This document shows, piece after piece, positions 27,655 to 36,635 of a stretch of DNA of 64,000 nucleotides. The translations under genes and the position numbers were made by a program. Origin of the DNA: an uncultured candidate division Zixibacteria bacterium (GTDB lineage Bacteria; Zixibacteria; MSB-5A5; RBG-16-43-9); NCBI GenBank assembly GCA_963713865.1, contig OY970208.1, forward strand, positions 352,001-416,000, read 5' to 3'. Position 1 is the stretch's first letter; every line of letters begins with the position of its first letter. Below the pieces are notes generated by a model that was not told the origin of the DNA, did not search any database, and saw only the letters and a list, made by a program, of their open reading frames with translations.

Positions 27655-28499
27655 TCATCTCGGTCGCCAGCGGAAAAGGAGGAACAGGGAAGACAATTAT
27701 TTCTACAAGTCTTGCTCTTCTTTTATCTGAGGATAAAGCACTTAAGGTTCAATTTCTGGATTGTGATGTAGAGGAACCAAACGCCCATATCTTCTTGAAA
27801 CCTCAAATTGACAATATTCAGCCGGTGAGTATACCTATCCCTCAGGTTGATAAGACAAAATGCAACTTCTGTGGTGAATGTTCAAAAGTTTGCTATTATC
27901 ATGCCATAATTGTAGCAAATGGAGAGGTTTTACTTTTCCCTGAGATCTGTCATGGATGTGGGGGGTGTACCCTTTTTTGCCCAGAGAATGCAATTATTGA
28001 GGTGAAAAGGAAAATAGGGGTAATAGAGGAGGGAGAAGCCGGAGATATTAGATTTATTCGTGGCTGTCTTAATATTGGTGAACCCATGGCTACCCCTTTG
28101 ATCAGGGATATTAAAAAGAGAATTAATTCTGATAGGGTTGCCATTATCGATGTCCCACCTGGAACCTCCTGTCCGGTGATTGAGGCAGTTCATGGAAGTG
28201 ATTTCTGTATACTGGTAACCGAGCCAACTCCTTTTGGTTTGAATGATCTTAGGTTAGCAGTACAGGTGATGAGGAAACTGGGCATAAAACACGGAGTAAT
28301 AATCAACCGGGCTGATATAGGTGATAGTAAAGTAAAAGAATACTGTCAAAAAGAGTCTATCCCGGTTATGGCAGAGATTCCATTTGACCGGAATGTTTCT
28401 GTTCTCTATTCCTCAGGTATTCCTATGCTGATTGAAGGGGAAAAGTATAGAAAGATCTTTGGTCAACTGTGGCAATCGATTAAAGAGGGAAAGGTGTAG
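27651..28499 (+). CDS. MinD/ParA-like P-loop ATPase with 4Fe-4S ferredoxin insert
   Basis: ASGKGGTGKT, DCDVEEPN, CNFCGEC, CHGCGGC, PPGTSCPV, TEPTPFG. Confidence 0.9.
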   Translation: MIISVASGKGGTGKTIISTSLALLLSEDKALKVQFLDCDVEEPNAHIFLKPQIDNIQPVSIPIPQVDKTKCNFCGECSKVCYYHAIIVANGEVLLFPEICHGCGGCTLFCPENAIIEVKRKIGVIEEGEAGDIRFIRGCLNIGEPMATPLIRDIKKRINSDRVAIIDVPPGTSCPVIEAVHGSDFCILVTEPTPFGLNDLRLAVQVMRKLGIKHGVIINRADIGDSKVKEYCQKESIPVMAEIPFDRNVSVLYSSGIPMLIEGEKYRKIFGQLWQSIKEGKV

Positions 28500-29393
28500 A
28501 TGAAACAGTTGACAGTCGTAAGTGGGAAAGGAGGAACTGGGAAAACGGTCATCACAGCTGCATTTGTTGCCCTAGCCGAGAGAAAGGTTATGGCAGACTG
28601 TGATGTAGATGCAGCGGATCTATACCTTCTGCTCCATCCAAGGATAAAAGAAACCCACGAATTTAAAGGGGGAAGGAAAGCAATATTAAATATAGATTTA
28701 TGCACAAACTGTGGTAAATGTGTTGAGGTGTGTCGATTCGGTGCCATAAGGGAGAATGAAAAGCAAAACCCAGAAAGAGAAAATCAAATAACAATTGATC
28801 CCATTTCCTGTGAAGGATGTGGTGTTTGCGCCCTGATCTGCCCGGTTCAAGCTATTCAACTCCAAGAGAACCTTTCTGGAGAATGGTACATTTCGGATAC
28901 AAAATATGGGCCTATGGTTCATGCTAAGCTGGGAATAGCGGAGGAGAATTCTGGAAAACTTGTTAACTTGGTGAGACAAAATGCCAGATTAATTGCTCAG
29001 AGAGATAACTTAGATTTGGTAATCGTGGATGGTCCCCCTGGTATTGGCTGTCCGGTTATAGCTTCTGTAACAGGAGTTGACCTGGTGGTGGTGGTTACTG
29101 AGCCTACCCTATCAGCTATGTCCGACTTAGAAAGGGTGTTAAGTTTAGCCCGCCATTTTAAAATTGTCTCTGTGGTTTTAATCAATAAATATGATATAAA
29201 TTTAGAAAACACCGAGAAAATCACAAAATTCTGCCAAAGAGAAAAGATTGAAATCGCGGGGAAAATCCCTTTTGACAACGCTTTTACCCGAGCTATGGTT
29301 GAAGGTAAAATCATCCTTGAATATACGGATTCCAATTTGGTAAAAGAAATAAAAGAAATTTGGCAGAATATTTACGCAAGGATTGAAATATGA
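28500..29393 (+). CDS. MinD/ParA-like P-loop ATPase with 4Fe-4S insert (partner paralog)
   Basis: SGKGGTGKT, DCDVDAADL, CTNCGKC, CEGCGVC, ENSGKLV, GPPGIGCPV. Confidence 0.9.
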   Translation: MKQLTVVSGKGGTGKTVITAAFVALAERKVMADCDVDAADLYLLLHPRIKETHEFKGGRKAILNIDLCTNCGKCVEVCRFGAIRENEKQNPERENQITIDPISCEGCGVCALICPVQAIQLQENLSGEWYISDTKYGPMVHAKLGIAEENSGKLVNLVRQNARLIAQRDNLDLVIVDGPPGIGCPVIASVTGVDLVVVVTEPTLSAMSDLERVLSLARHFKIVSVVLINKYDINLENTEKITKFCQREKIEIAGKIPFDNAFTRAMVEGKIILEYTDSNLVKEIKEIWQNIYARIEI

Positions 29394-30337
29394 GAAAGAT
29401 GATCTACGGTCCTGTTCCATCCAGGAGACTCGGAATTTCCTTAGGTGTAGATATTATTCCTTTTAAAACCTGCAGTTATGACTGCATATACTGTCAGCTG
29501 GGAAGAACTACTGATCAAACTTTAGAAAGGAGGTCATATGTAACAATCTCTTCCTTAATAAATCAACTAAAGGAAGTGCTCGAGCTAAATGAGGACATCA
29601 ATTATATAACCTTTTCCGGATCAGGCGAGCCAACTCTAAACCAGGATATTGGAGAGATGATAAGAAAGGTAAAGGAGCTCACCCATATTCCAGTGGCAGT
29701 CCTTACAAACGGCTCCTTACTCTGGGATGAAAGGGTAAGGAAAGATTTGAGTAACGCCGATCTGGTCGTGCCTTCATTGGATGCTGTTTCAGAGGAGGTG
29801 TTTCATAGGGTTAATCGACCGGCAAGTGGCTTAAGTATCGAAAAGATATTAGGTGGACTCGAAAGCTTTACCCAGAACTTCAAAGGTAAGATCTACTTAG
29901 AGGTCATGCTCGTAAATGGGATAAATGATTCTGAAGAGGAAATAACGAAGATCAATCAATTTCTCAGATGTTTGAGAGCCGATAAGGTTGCACTCAATAC
30001 GGTGGTCAGGCCACCAGGTGAGCCAGGCGCAAGGGCTTTGAATAATCAGGAATTGGTCAGGATCAAAAGTCTTTTTGATCCTGAAACTAAAGTCGAGTTG
30101 ATTCCAGATTTTAGAAAAGAATCAAGTAGACCTTATCATAGAGACCTGGAGAAGGCTATAGTTGAACTTCTGAGAAGAAGACCAGCACGAAGGGAGGAGA
30201 TGGCATCTTCTTTAGGGGTGCATCTAAACGAGATTGTGAAGTCTCTCCAGATTTTGGAAGAAAAGAAAATAATTAGAAGGTCGCAAACCAAAGATAAATA
30301 CGGGGATTATTTTGTTACCGCTAAATGGAAGGAATGA
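29390..30337 (+). CDS. Radical SAM protein
   Basis: YGPVPSRRLG, CSYDCIYC (CxxxCxxC), SGSGEPTL, LTNGSLL. Confidence 0.9.
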   Translation: MRKMIYGPVPSRRLGISLGVDIIPFKTCSYDCIYCQLGRTTDQTLERRSYVTISSLINQLKEVLELNEDINYITFSGSGEPTLNQDIGEMIRKVKELTHIPVAVLTNGSLLWDERVRKDLSNADLVVPSLDAVSEEVFHRVNRPASGLSIEKILGGLESFTQNFKGKIYLEVMLVNGINDSEEEITKINQFLRCLRADKVALNTVVRPPGEPGARALNNQELVRIKSLFDPETKVELIPDFRKESSRPYHRDLEKAIVELLRRRPARREEMASSLGVHLNEIVKSLQILEEKKIIRRSQTKDKYGDYFVTAKWKE

Positions 30338-30654
30338 TGGAAACTTATTTGGATTGCGTCCCTTGCATAATTGAACAAACAATTAAAGCCGCCAGAGATT
30401 TGACCCAAGACTTGTCAAAGCAGGAAATCTTAGTGCAGAATGTGTTGAAAACCTTAAGCAACATCTCTTACAACCAGTCTCCACCTTATCTGGGCAAAGA
30501 GGTGCATCTGGTGATCGCCAAAGGACACAGAAATTATGAAACCCTGAATGACATCGAAGGAAAAAAACTTTATTTCTTGCTCATGGTGAAATGTGAGACC
30601 ATAGCCAGAGATTTTGGCTGCGCGGTCGGTGAATTCGTGGTAAAGAGAACATAG
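30334..30654 (+). pseudogene. Internally deleted DUF89/ARMT1-like phosphatase
   Basis: The N-terminus (TYLDCVPC...SPP) joins in frame directly to the C-terminal motifs (VIAKGHRNYETL, FLLMVKC..IARD.G..VG). The central domain is absent. Confidence 0.7.
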
Positions 30655-30831
30655 AATGTCTTGAACTTGAAGCCGGATGTACATCCGCGTGGGAAAAAGT
30701 AGCACTTGATTTTAGTTGAAATGTTGTTATTTTGTTGGTGTAGTGGGGATAACTAACCCCTATTTGCACAAGGCTGAGGATAGAAATATCCGCGATTAGC
30801 TATGAAAATGATAAAGGAAAGGAGGAGAATT

Positions 30832-31887
30832 ATGCGGAAGGTTTTGTTGATTCTGATAGTTAGTGTTGCTGTAATGGTACTGACAAGCGTGATCTATTTA
30901 CTTAATGCTCAACAAATTAGTGAGAAGGAGTGTTTCTTTTTGTCCAGCTTGCATTATACCGCCAATGGAATGGGTTACTGGTATGATAAGGCCAATGGTG
31001 GCCTGGAAACTATCACCGGTGTCCCTTACTCCGAACTGGTTTGCAAGGACTGTCATGTTTCCTCCTGTGACGCCTGCCATAAAAAGGAGACGGGTGACAA
31101 ATTTTCATATTCAACTCAAATGGCAAAAAATCAGGAAATCTGCCTAAAATGTCACGGAAGAGAAGCCGCTATTTTGAAAATCGATAAGGCAGAAAATAAC
31201 CTTGACCCTCATTTTGACAAGGGTATGCAATGCTTGGATTGCCATACTGCAAAAGAGATGCATGGAGATGGGATCGAATACATCTCAATGAAGCAAAAAG
31301 GTGCCATGGATGTAAAATGTTCAACCTGTCATGAGCCACTCTCTGCAAGCAAATCCCACACAGTTCACGGAGATAAATTGGATTGTAAAGCTTGTCATGT
31401 GCGCCAGGTGGTAAGTTGTACCAGCTGTCATTTTGAGACTTTGGTGAAAGAGAAAAAACGAGTCGCCATCCCTGTTTCTGGCTGGACTTTTCTAATGAAC
31501 TATGATGGAAAGGTCACCTCAGCCAATATGCAGTCTTTTGTGGTGCCAGGGGATAAGACTTTTCTCATGTTTGCTCCTCAGTTCAGCCATTCGGTTTTGA
31601 AAGATGGAAGAAAATGCGAGGAATGCCATGCGCTCAAGACTCTCAAACAAGTTGAAGAAGGTAAAGTGAAGTTGATGTGGTTTAAAGATGGAAAAGTCGA
31701 AAACCTGAAGGGCGTTATCCCGGTAGCAGATGGAATCCAATGGATGCTGATATATGAGAATTATAAAGATGGACAGTGGATACCCATCGAAAACCCATCT
31801 GTACCTGAACTCCACTACTCCGCTTTTGGGGAACCACTTTCGAAAGAACAATTGAAAAAGATGGCTCTACCGATGAGTAAAAAATGA
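30832..31887 (+). CDS. Multiheme (8 CxxCH) cytochrome c
   Basis: CKDCH, CDACH, CLKCH, CLDCH, CSTCH, CKACH, CTSCH, CEECH; N-terminal signal/TM segment; start taken as ATG 30832 after GGAGGAG. Confidence 0.9.
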   Translation: MRKVLLILIVSVAVMVLTSVIYLLNAQQISEKECFFLSSLHYTANGMGYWYDKANGGLETITGVPYSELVCKDCHVSSCDACHKKETGDKFSYSTQMAKNQEICLKCHGREAAILKIDKAENNLDPHFDKGMQCLDCHTAKEMHGDGIEYISMKQKGAMDVKCSTCHEPLSASKSHTVHGDKLDCKACHVRQVVSCTSCHFETLVKEKKRVAIPVSGWTFLMNYDGKVTSANMQSFVVPGDKTFLMFAPQFSHSVLKDGRKCEECHALKTLKQVEEGKVKLMWFKDGKVENLKGVIPVADGIQWMLIYENYKDGQWIPIENPSVPELHYSAFGEPLSKEQLKKMALPMSKK

Positions 31888-31901
31888 AAGGTGATGCAAA
31901 A

Positions 31902-32081
31902 ATGGAGATTGATAAACGATCCATGGGTCCTGGGGGATTTTGTGTTTGCCCAAAATGGTGCGAAAAATTTCTGCACCAACCAGTAATTACTTGCAGGAAA
32001 GAAAAGTATCCAAAGTGTTGAAGTAAGATGATTAGAGAGGGATCTTGCTATTATTACTTGATTGAAGAAAAGATAAAATAA
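31902..32081 (+). pseudogene. Decayed paralog of the Cys-rich protein at 23697-23891
   Basis: MEIDKRSMGPGGFCVCPKWCEK...CRKEKYPKC*SKMIREGS...LIEEKIK. Two Cys are lost and there is an internal TGA at 32019, where the paralog has Gly. Confidence 0.75.
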
Positions 32082-32096
32082 AAGAAAAGGAAAAAT

Positions 32097-32393
32097 ATGC
32101 TTTCTCACATACCGATAAATCTTGGGAAGATAAAAAAACAAAGCCTAGACGAACAAATACTTAGGGTGGGCATAATTGCTGAATTAGACGCCATAAATCT
32201 CTATCAACAGTTAGCAGATATGACTGAGAACAGAGATATTAAGCAGGTCCTCTTGGACATAGCCAAAGAAGAAAAGACCCATGTGGGTGAATTCCAGGCG
32301 TTTTTGCTGAAACAAGATGGGCAGCAAAAGAAGGAATTGGAACGAGGAAAAGAAGAGGTCGAAGAGCTAACTAAAGAAAGGAGGTCAACATAA
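32097..32393 (+). CDS. Short ferritin-like protein (rubrerythrin / encapsulated-ferritin type)
   Basis: ILRVGIIAELDAINLY...LLDIAKEEKTHVGEF (ExxH). Confidence 0.85.
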   Translation: MLSHIPINLGKIKKQSLDEQILRVGIIAELDAINLYQQLADMTENRDIKQVLLDIAKEEKTHVGEFQAFLLKQDGQQKKELERGKEEVEELTKERRST

Positions 32394-32528
32394 CATAACT
32401 TAAAGATGTTTATGTTAAACCTGCACACGGGTCATTTGTACCCGCAGCGGGTTCTGCTATCCCGACCGTGGGGATAGCACCATCATGGCGGTTAACAAAA
32501 TGTCAATACGTGATTGTAAGGAGTTGAA

Positions 32529-32975
32529 ATGGATTCAAAGACGAAGATTGGAATAGTTGTCTGCGATCGCTATCGCCGCTGTGCGGGCGGGAAGTGCCTC
32601 AGAGCGATGAGAAACAGGGAAGGGGCTTTCAGCATATACGCAGACAAAGATGTGGAGTTGGTTGGTTTTACGACTTGCGATGGCTGTCCTGGTGGCAACA
32701 TAGAATATGCAGGCGAAGAGATGGTGAAGAATGGCGCAGAGGTTATTCATTTAGCTACCGGCATGGTCGTGGGTTATCCTCCCTGTCCCTATATCGCTAC
32801 ATTCAGAGCCTTTCTTGAAAAACGCTATGGGGTCAAGGTCGTTGTAGGCACACACCCTATACCGAGAAAGTATCTTGATATGCACACTTATCTTGGGACT
32901 TGGGAGAACTCCATTTGGAAGTCACTCATCGCTCCGACCATGGCTGATGAAATGACCCGTGCAAGTTACGATTAA
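32529..32975 (+). CDS. CGGC-domain protein
   Basis: CDRYRRCAGGKC, GFTTCDGCPG, IHLATG, PPCP, VVGTH. Confidence 0.85.
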   Translation: MDSKTKIGIVVCDRYRRCAGGKCLRAMRNREGAFSIYADKDVELVGFTTCDGCPGGNIEYAGEEMVKNGAEVIHLATGMVVGYPPCPYIATFRAFLEKRYGVKVVVGTHPIPRKYLDMHTYLGTWENSIWKSLIAPTMADEMTRASYD

Positions 32976-32988
32976 GAAAAGCCACTCA

Positions 32989-33087
32989 TTGGATATAGCA
33001 AAAGAAGGAAAGATCAATGTGGGGGGATTCCAAGCGCTCTTGCTGGAACAGAATGAAGAACAAAAAAGAGAGTTAGAAGAAGGTTGA
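32989..33087 (+). pseudogene. Remnant second copy of the 3' half of the ferritin-like gene
   Basis: LDIAKEGKINVGGFQALLLEQNEEQKRELEEG* aligns with LDIAKEEKTHVGEFQAFLLKQDGQQKKELERG. It has no start codon and the metal ligands are lost. Confidence 0.7.
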
Positions 33088-33147
33088 AAAGGAGGAGTTG
33101 GAAAAAAGGATAAAAGAATTAGAGGATCAATTTAAATTAAAGGAAAG

Positions 33148-33543
33148 ATGATCATGAAAATAGCCATCGCATCAGATGATGAAAGAACTATATCTTCCCA
33201 TTTTGGGCAGACAAGGGGATTTGTGGTTTTTGAAGTGGAAGGTAAGGAAGTGAAAAGTCGAGAATACCGCCCTAACACTTTCACCGGACATGCTAGAGGG
33301 TTGGAGGGCGCTGGTCACGAGATTGACCGACACGGACCAATTCTTTCTGCTCTTTCGGACTGTAAAACGGTGATTTCACATGGCATGGGCAGAAGGATTT
33401 ACGATGATTTGAAAAGAGCGGGAATTGAAGCTTTTGTTACGGATGAGACGGAAGTCCAGAAAGCCCTTGATTTATACATTAACGGTACGCTGGTTGACCG
33501 ACCTGAACGGGGTTGTTCACATAAGCACGAGCTAAGTGAATAA
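33148..33543 (+). CDS. NifB/NifX family protein (third paralog)
   Basis: MKIAIAS, HFGQTRGF, ISHGMGRR. Confidence 0.85.
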   Translation: MIMKIAIASDDERTISSHFGQTRGFVVFEVEGKEVKSREYRPNTFTGHARGLEGAGHEIDRHGPILSALSDCKTVISHGMGRRIYDDLKRAGIEAFVTDETEVQKALDLYINGTLVDRPERGCSHKHELSE

Positions 33544-33552
33544 TGACGGCAC

Positions 33553-33637
33553 TTTCATCTGATAGTATGTTTGCGGTTCGCTAACGCCCACCCAAATTGC
33601 TTCGCAACTTCGCAAACACGCAGAACGTTATATGAAA
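33553..33637 (+). mobile_element. attC-like integron recombination site (degenerate R'')
   Basis: TTTCATCTGAT-AGTATGTTTGCG...CGCAAACACGC-AGAAC-GTTATATGAAA, an imperfect palindrome ending in GTTATAT. Confidence 0.6.
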
Positions 33638-33686
33638 TTCCGTACCCCGTAAAAAAATAACTAAAAGAATTTTAATAAAATAAGGT

Positions 33687-33980
33687 ATGACAATGAAGGG
33701 TGCTATTAAATCAGAATTTAAAGTAGCTTTCTCGAAAAAAGCACAGCCAATATGGTTTAGAATCACAAAGTGGGCAGTGTTTATTGGCGTTGCTTGTTTA
33801 TTATATAGAACCAAGTTGTTTTTGATATGGGTGATTGGGGTACCTATTATAGGTGTGACAGTGCACTTTATATATAGATGGAAAACCAAAGGTTGGACGA
33901 AGTCTTGGAGAGGATGGAATAGCAAAACTGGAGAATGGAAACCCATAATATGGGGTTCTGATAGAAAAAGGACTAATTAA
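33687..33980 (+). CDS. Hypothetical small membrane protein (gene-cassette-like)
   Basis: 97 aa with two TM segments and a Trp-rich tail (YRWKTKGWTKSWRGW); bracketed by attC-like sites. Confidence 0.7.
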   Translation: MTMKGAIKSEFKVAFSKKAQPIWFRITKWAVFIGVACLLYRTKLFLIWVIGVPIIGVTVHFIYRWKTKGWTKSWRGWNSKTGEWKPIIWGSDRKRTN

Positions 33981-34028
33981 TTGCGAGGTTCGGAATTCTG
34001 CGGTTGCTTCGCAACCTTGCCCTTCGGG

Positions 34029-34114
34029 TCATATAACAGCTAATAAAAGGCTTCGCTATGCTTTATCCAAATTGCTTTCGGCGACTTCTTTTATCCACAA
34101 GACATTGTGCGAAA
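34029..34114 (+). mobile_element. attC-like site
   Basis: TCATATAAC is the exact reverse complement of GTTATATGA at 33627. Arms ATAAAAG...CTTTTAT, shared core CCAAATTGCT, degenerate R' ATTGTGC. Confidence 0.6.
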
Positions 34115-34148
34115 TTGTTTTTGATAAATCAATTAGGAGGATACAAAA

Positions 34149-35120
34149 ACGAGTGAAGATATAGTAATCCGGACATCGGATTTAACCAAATCCTACGGTG
34201 AGATTCTTGCCGCTGATCATATCAACTTTGAGATTGAGAAAGGCGAGATTTTCGGATTTCTTGGTCCAAATGGTGCGGGGAAAACCACGACTATAAGGAT
34301 GCTTACCGGTCTTTCCAAACCCACAGATGGAAAAGCATCTGTTTTAGGTTTCGACGTCGACACAGAAATCGTAGAGGCAAAGAAGCATATCGGGGTCGTC
34401 CCAGAAATCTCGAACCTCTATGATGAATTGTCCGCTCTTGACAACCTGTTCTTCATGGCACAACTCTACGGTGTTCCACGAACTCAGCGCAGAAAAAGAG
34501 CAGATGAATTGCTTAAAATCTTCGGGCTTTATGAGAGGAAAGACAGCCATTTTCGCACATTCTCCCGTGGCATGAAGCGGGCTTTGACAATTGCCGCAGC
34601 TTTGATTCACAACCCTGAGATTCTCTTTTTGGATGAGCCTACGGTCGGCTTAGATGTGGTGGCTGCCCGCTCTTTGCGCAATCTGATCGGCAACCTTCAC
34701 CAGCAGGGAATAACCGTCTTCCTCACGACTCACTATTTAGAGGAAGCGGACCTTTTATGTGACCGCATTGCCATTCTGGTTAAGGGACGAATAGTAAAAA
34801 TCGATACGCCTGAAGTTCTGAAAGCTGTTGCCAAGGAAGAATCAGTAATCGAGGTCTCCTTTAATGGGAAGGTATCTGAGTTGATTGAAGACCTATCCAA
34901 TAGACTCCCCGAAGTAAAAATTGTAGCAGTAGATAACAATAAGGCGCGAATTTACGGCGGTATTTCCAACAAGATATATGACTGCGTGTTTATCCTTGCT
35001 AAGGACAAAAATATGGAAATACAATTGATAAACAGTATTAAACCAAGTCTTGAGGATGCATTTCTTAAGATTACGGGATTAAGTCCTATGGTTATGGCAA
35101 TCGAGAAGGGGGGAAAGTAA
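34149..35120 (+). CDS. ABC transporter ATP-binding protein (DrrA/CcmA-like); apparent start codon is ACG
   Basis: The frame is open for 50 codons upstream of the ORF-track start and includes Walker A GPNGAGKTT. AGGAGG-N8-ACG at 34149; FSRGMKR, FLDEPT, TTHYLEEA. Confidence 0.85.
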   Translation, partial: TSEDIVIRTSDLTKSYGEILAADHINFEIEKGEIFGFLGPNGAGKTTTIRMLTGLSKPTDGKASVLGFDVDTEIVEAKKHIGVVPEISNLYDELSALDNLFFMAQLYGVPRTQRRKRADELLKIFGLYERKDSHFRTFSRGMKRALTIAAALIHNPEILFLDEPTVGLDVVAARSLRNLIGNLHQQGITVFLTTHYLEEADLLCDRIAILVKGRIVKIDTPEVLKAVAKEESVIEVSFNGKVSELIEDLSNRLPEVKIVAVDNNKARIYGGISNKIYDCVFILAKDKNMEIQLINSIKPSLEDAFLKITGLSPMVMAIEKGGK

Positions 35121-35121
35121 A

Positions 35122-35850
35122 ATGTGGCGTGATAACTTGCGGTGCATTTATTATATCGCCTTAAAAGATATGAGGACATATTACCTTAAGCCCCCCTCAG
35201 TTAGTTGGGGGATTGTTTTCCCTGTTGCCTGGATTTTGGCCTTCTATCTGAGAAATCCACGCAGTTTTGAAGAATTAGTTCCTGGTCTTATTGCGATGAC
35301 CATCCTGTTCAGCACTACCGCAGCGGAAGCGGTAGTTATCAATTTTGAGCTTCGGCTCGGCTCTCTGGAAAGGTTACTCTTAGCCCCGGTTAGTTTACCC
35401 GCAGTGCTTCTGGGGAAGGTGCTGGGAGGAGCGATTTTCGGGCTTATGATGACAACGGTAATGACCATCGGGTCAGTGCTTATTATAGGACTCCATCTTA
35501 ATCTGCTTTACCTTGTCTTGATCATCATCCCCTCTCTTCTGGTCTTCTCATCCCTCGGTGCCCTTTTATGTGTTTTGGTAAAAGAGGTGTTCGAAGCTCA
35601 AACCCTGCTCAATTTACCGCGATTCTTAATGATATTCCTGAGTGGCGTCGTCTATCCTGTCTCAGCTATGCCTGTGGTATTACAATATCTCGCTTATGTA
35701 TTGCCACTCACCTACACTGTTAGAGGACTGCGTGACTCTTTTTCAGTCAGTTCGGGCATAACAGTTTTTACAGATACTTTAGTGCTTACGGTATTTTTCC
35801 TCCTCTTTATTTTTCCAGCAATAAAGTTGCTTCGCAAAAAATTTCAATAA
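35122..35850 (+). CDS. ABC-2 type permease
   Basis: Six TM helices; VPGLIAM, GSLERLLLAP, FLSGVVYP, PLTY. Confidence 0.88.
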   Translation: MWRDNLRCIYYIALKDMRTYYLKPPSVSWGIVFPVAWILAFYLRNPRSFEELVPGLIAMTILFSTTAAEAVVINFELRLGSLERLLLAPVSLPAVLLGKVLGGAIFGLMMTTVMTIGSVLIIGLHLNLLYLVLIIIPSLLVFSSLGALLCVLVKEVFEAQTLLNLPRFLMIFLSGVVYPVSAMPVVLQYLAYVLPLTYTVRGLRDSFSVSSGITVFTDTLVLTVFFLLFIFPAIKLLRKKFQ

Positions 35851-35866
35851 GCAGGAGAGAAAGCCC

Positions 35867-36496
35867 ATGCCAAAAATTGAGTCATTTGAGAGGTATGCGA
35901 ATAAATATGAAGACTGGTTTGAGAATAACAAATTTGCTTATGAATCGGAACTTCAGGCCATAAAGGAACAATTGCCTGAGAATGGAGAAGGTATTGAAAT
36001 TGGCGTAGGCAGTGGTCGATTTGCAGCACCGTTGGGTATTAAAGTCGGGGTTGAGCCATCAGGTAAGATGAGGGAGATTGCTCGAAAGAGGGGGATTGAG
36101 GTTATCGATGGTGTAGCTGAAGAACTTCCTTTTGATGCTTTGAAGTTTGATTTTGCATTAATGGTTACTCTGATCTGCTTTTTAGACAACATAGAAGCTG
36201 CGTTTAAGGAGGCATATCGAATATTGAAGCCGGGTGGATATTTGATAATTGGATTGATAAATAAAAACAGTCTAGTTGGAAAACTGTATCAACAGCATAA
36301 AAAGAATAATGTGTTTTATAAAATTGCTACTTTTTATTCAGTGGATGAAGTCCTTTGTTACTTGAAAAAAGTCGGCTTCAAAGATTTTAATCTTACTCAA
36401 ACAATTTTCCATGATTTAGAAGAAATAAAAGATGTCGAGCCACCAAAAGAGGGTTATGGTGAAGGTTCGTTCGTGGTGGTCAAGGCAACGAAATAA
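35867..36496 (+). CDS. Class I SAM-dependent methyltransferase
   Basis: EIGVGSGRF, GVEPS, AEELPF, RILKPGG. Confidence 0.9.
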   Translation: MPKIESFERYANKYEDWFENNKFAYESELQAIKEQLPENGEGIEIGVGSGRFAAPLGIKVGVEPSGKMREIARKRGIEVIDGVAEELPFDALKFDFALMVTLICFLDNIEAAFKEAYRILKPGGYLIIGLINKNSLVGKLYQQHKKNNVFYKIATFYSVDEVLCYLKKVGFKDFNLTQTIFHDLEEIKDVEPPKEGYGEGSFVVVKATK

Positions 36497-36512
36497 TATA
36501 TCAAAGTGCGGA

Positions 36513-36615
36513 GCCTTAAAGCGTGTTTGCGGTTCGCGGAGTTTATCCCCCTGAAAGCGGGGCTTACCCAAATTCTTTCTGCACTTTGCAGACTCGCAAG
36601 ATGTTAAATAAAATT
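36513..36615 (+). mobile_element. attC-like site immediately upstream of feoB
   Basis: GCGTGTTTGCGGTTCGC...ACCCAAATT...TGCAGACTCGC-AAGAT-GTTAAAT, homologous to 33553-33637. Confidence 0.55.
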
Positions 36616-36635
36616 ACCGAGGTTTGAACTTAAAG

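Noticed and set aside
32019-32021. In-frame TGA in a Cys-rich ORF as possible selenocysteine
   Set aside because: It aligns to Gly in the paralog, other Cys residues are lost and no SECIS-like hairpin is evident. A pseudogene is more likely.
32390-32510. Structured intergenic region as a fourth attC site or a riboswitch
   Set aside because: Hairpins are present (TGCTATCCC...GGGATAGCA), but the R/L box spacing does not fit and it lacks the core shared by the other three sites.
25255-33543. Nitrogen fixation cluster
   Set aside because: The NifB/NifX-domain proteins occur without nifHDK or nifEN, and this family is common in non-diazotrophic anaerobes.
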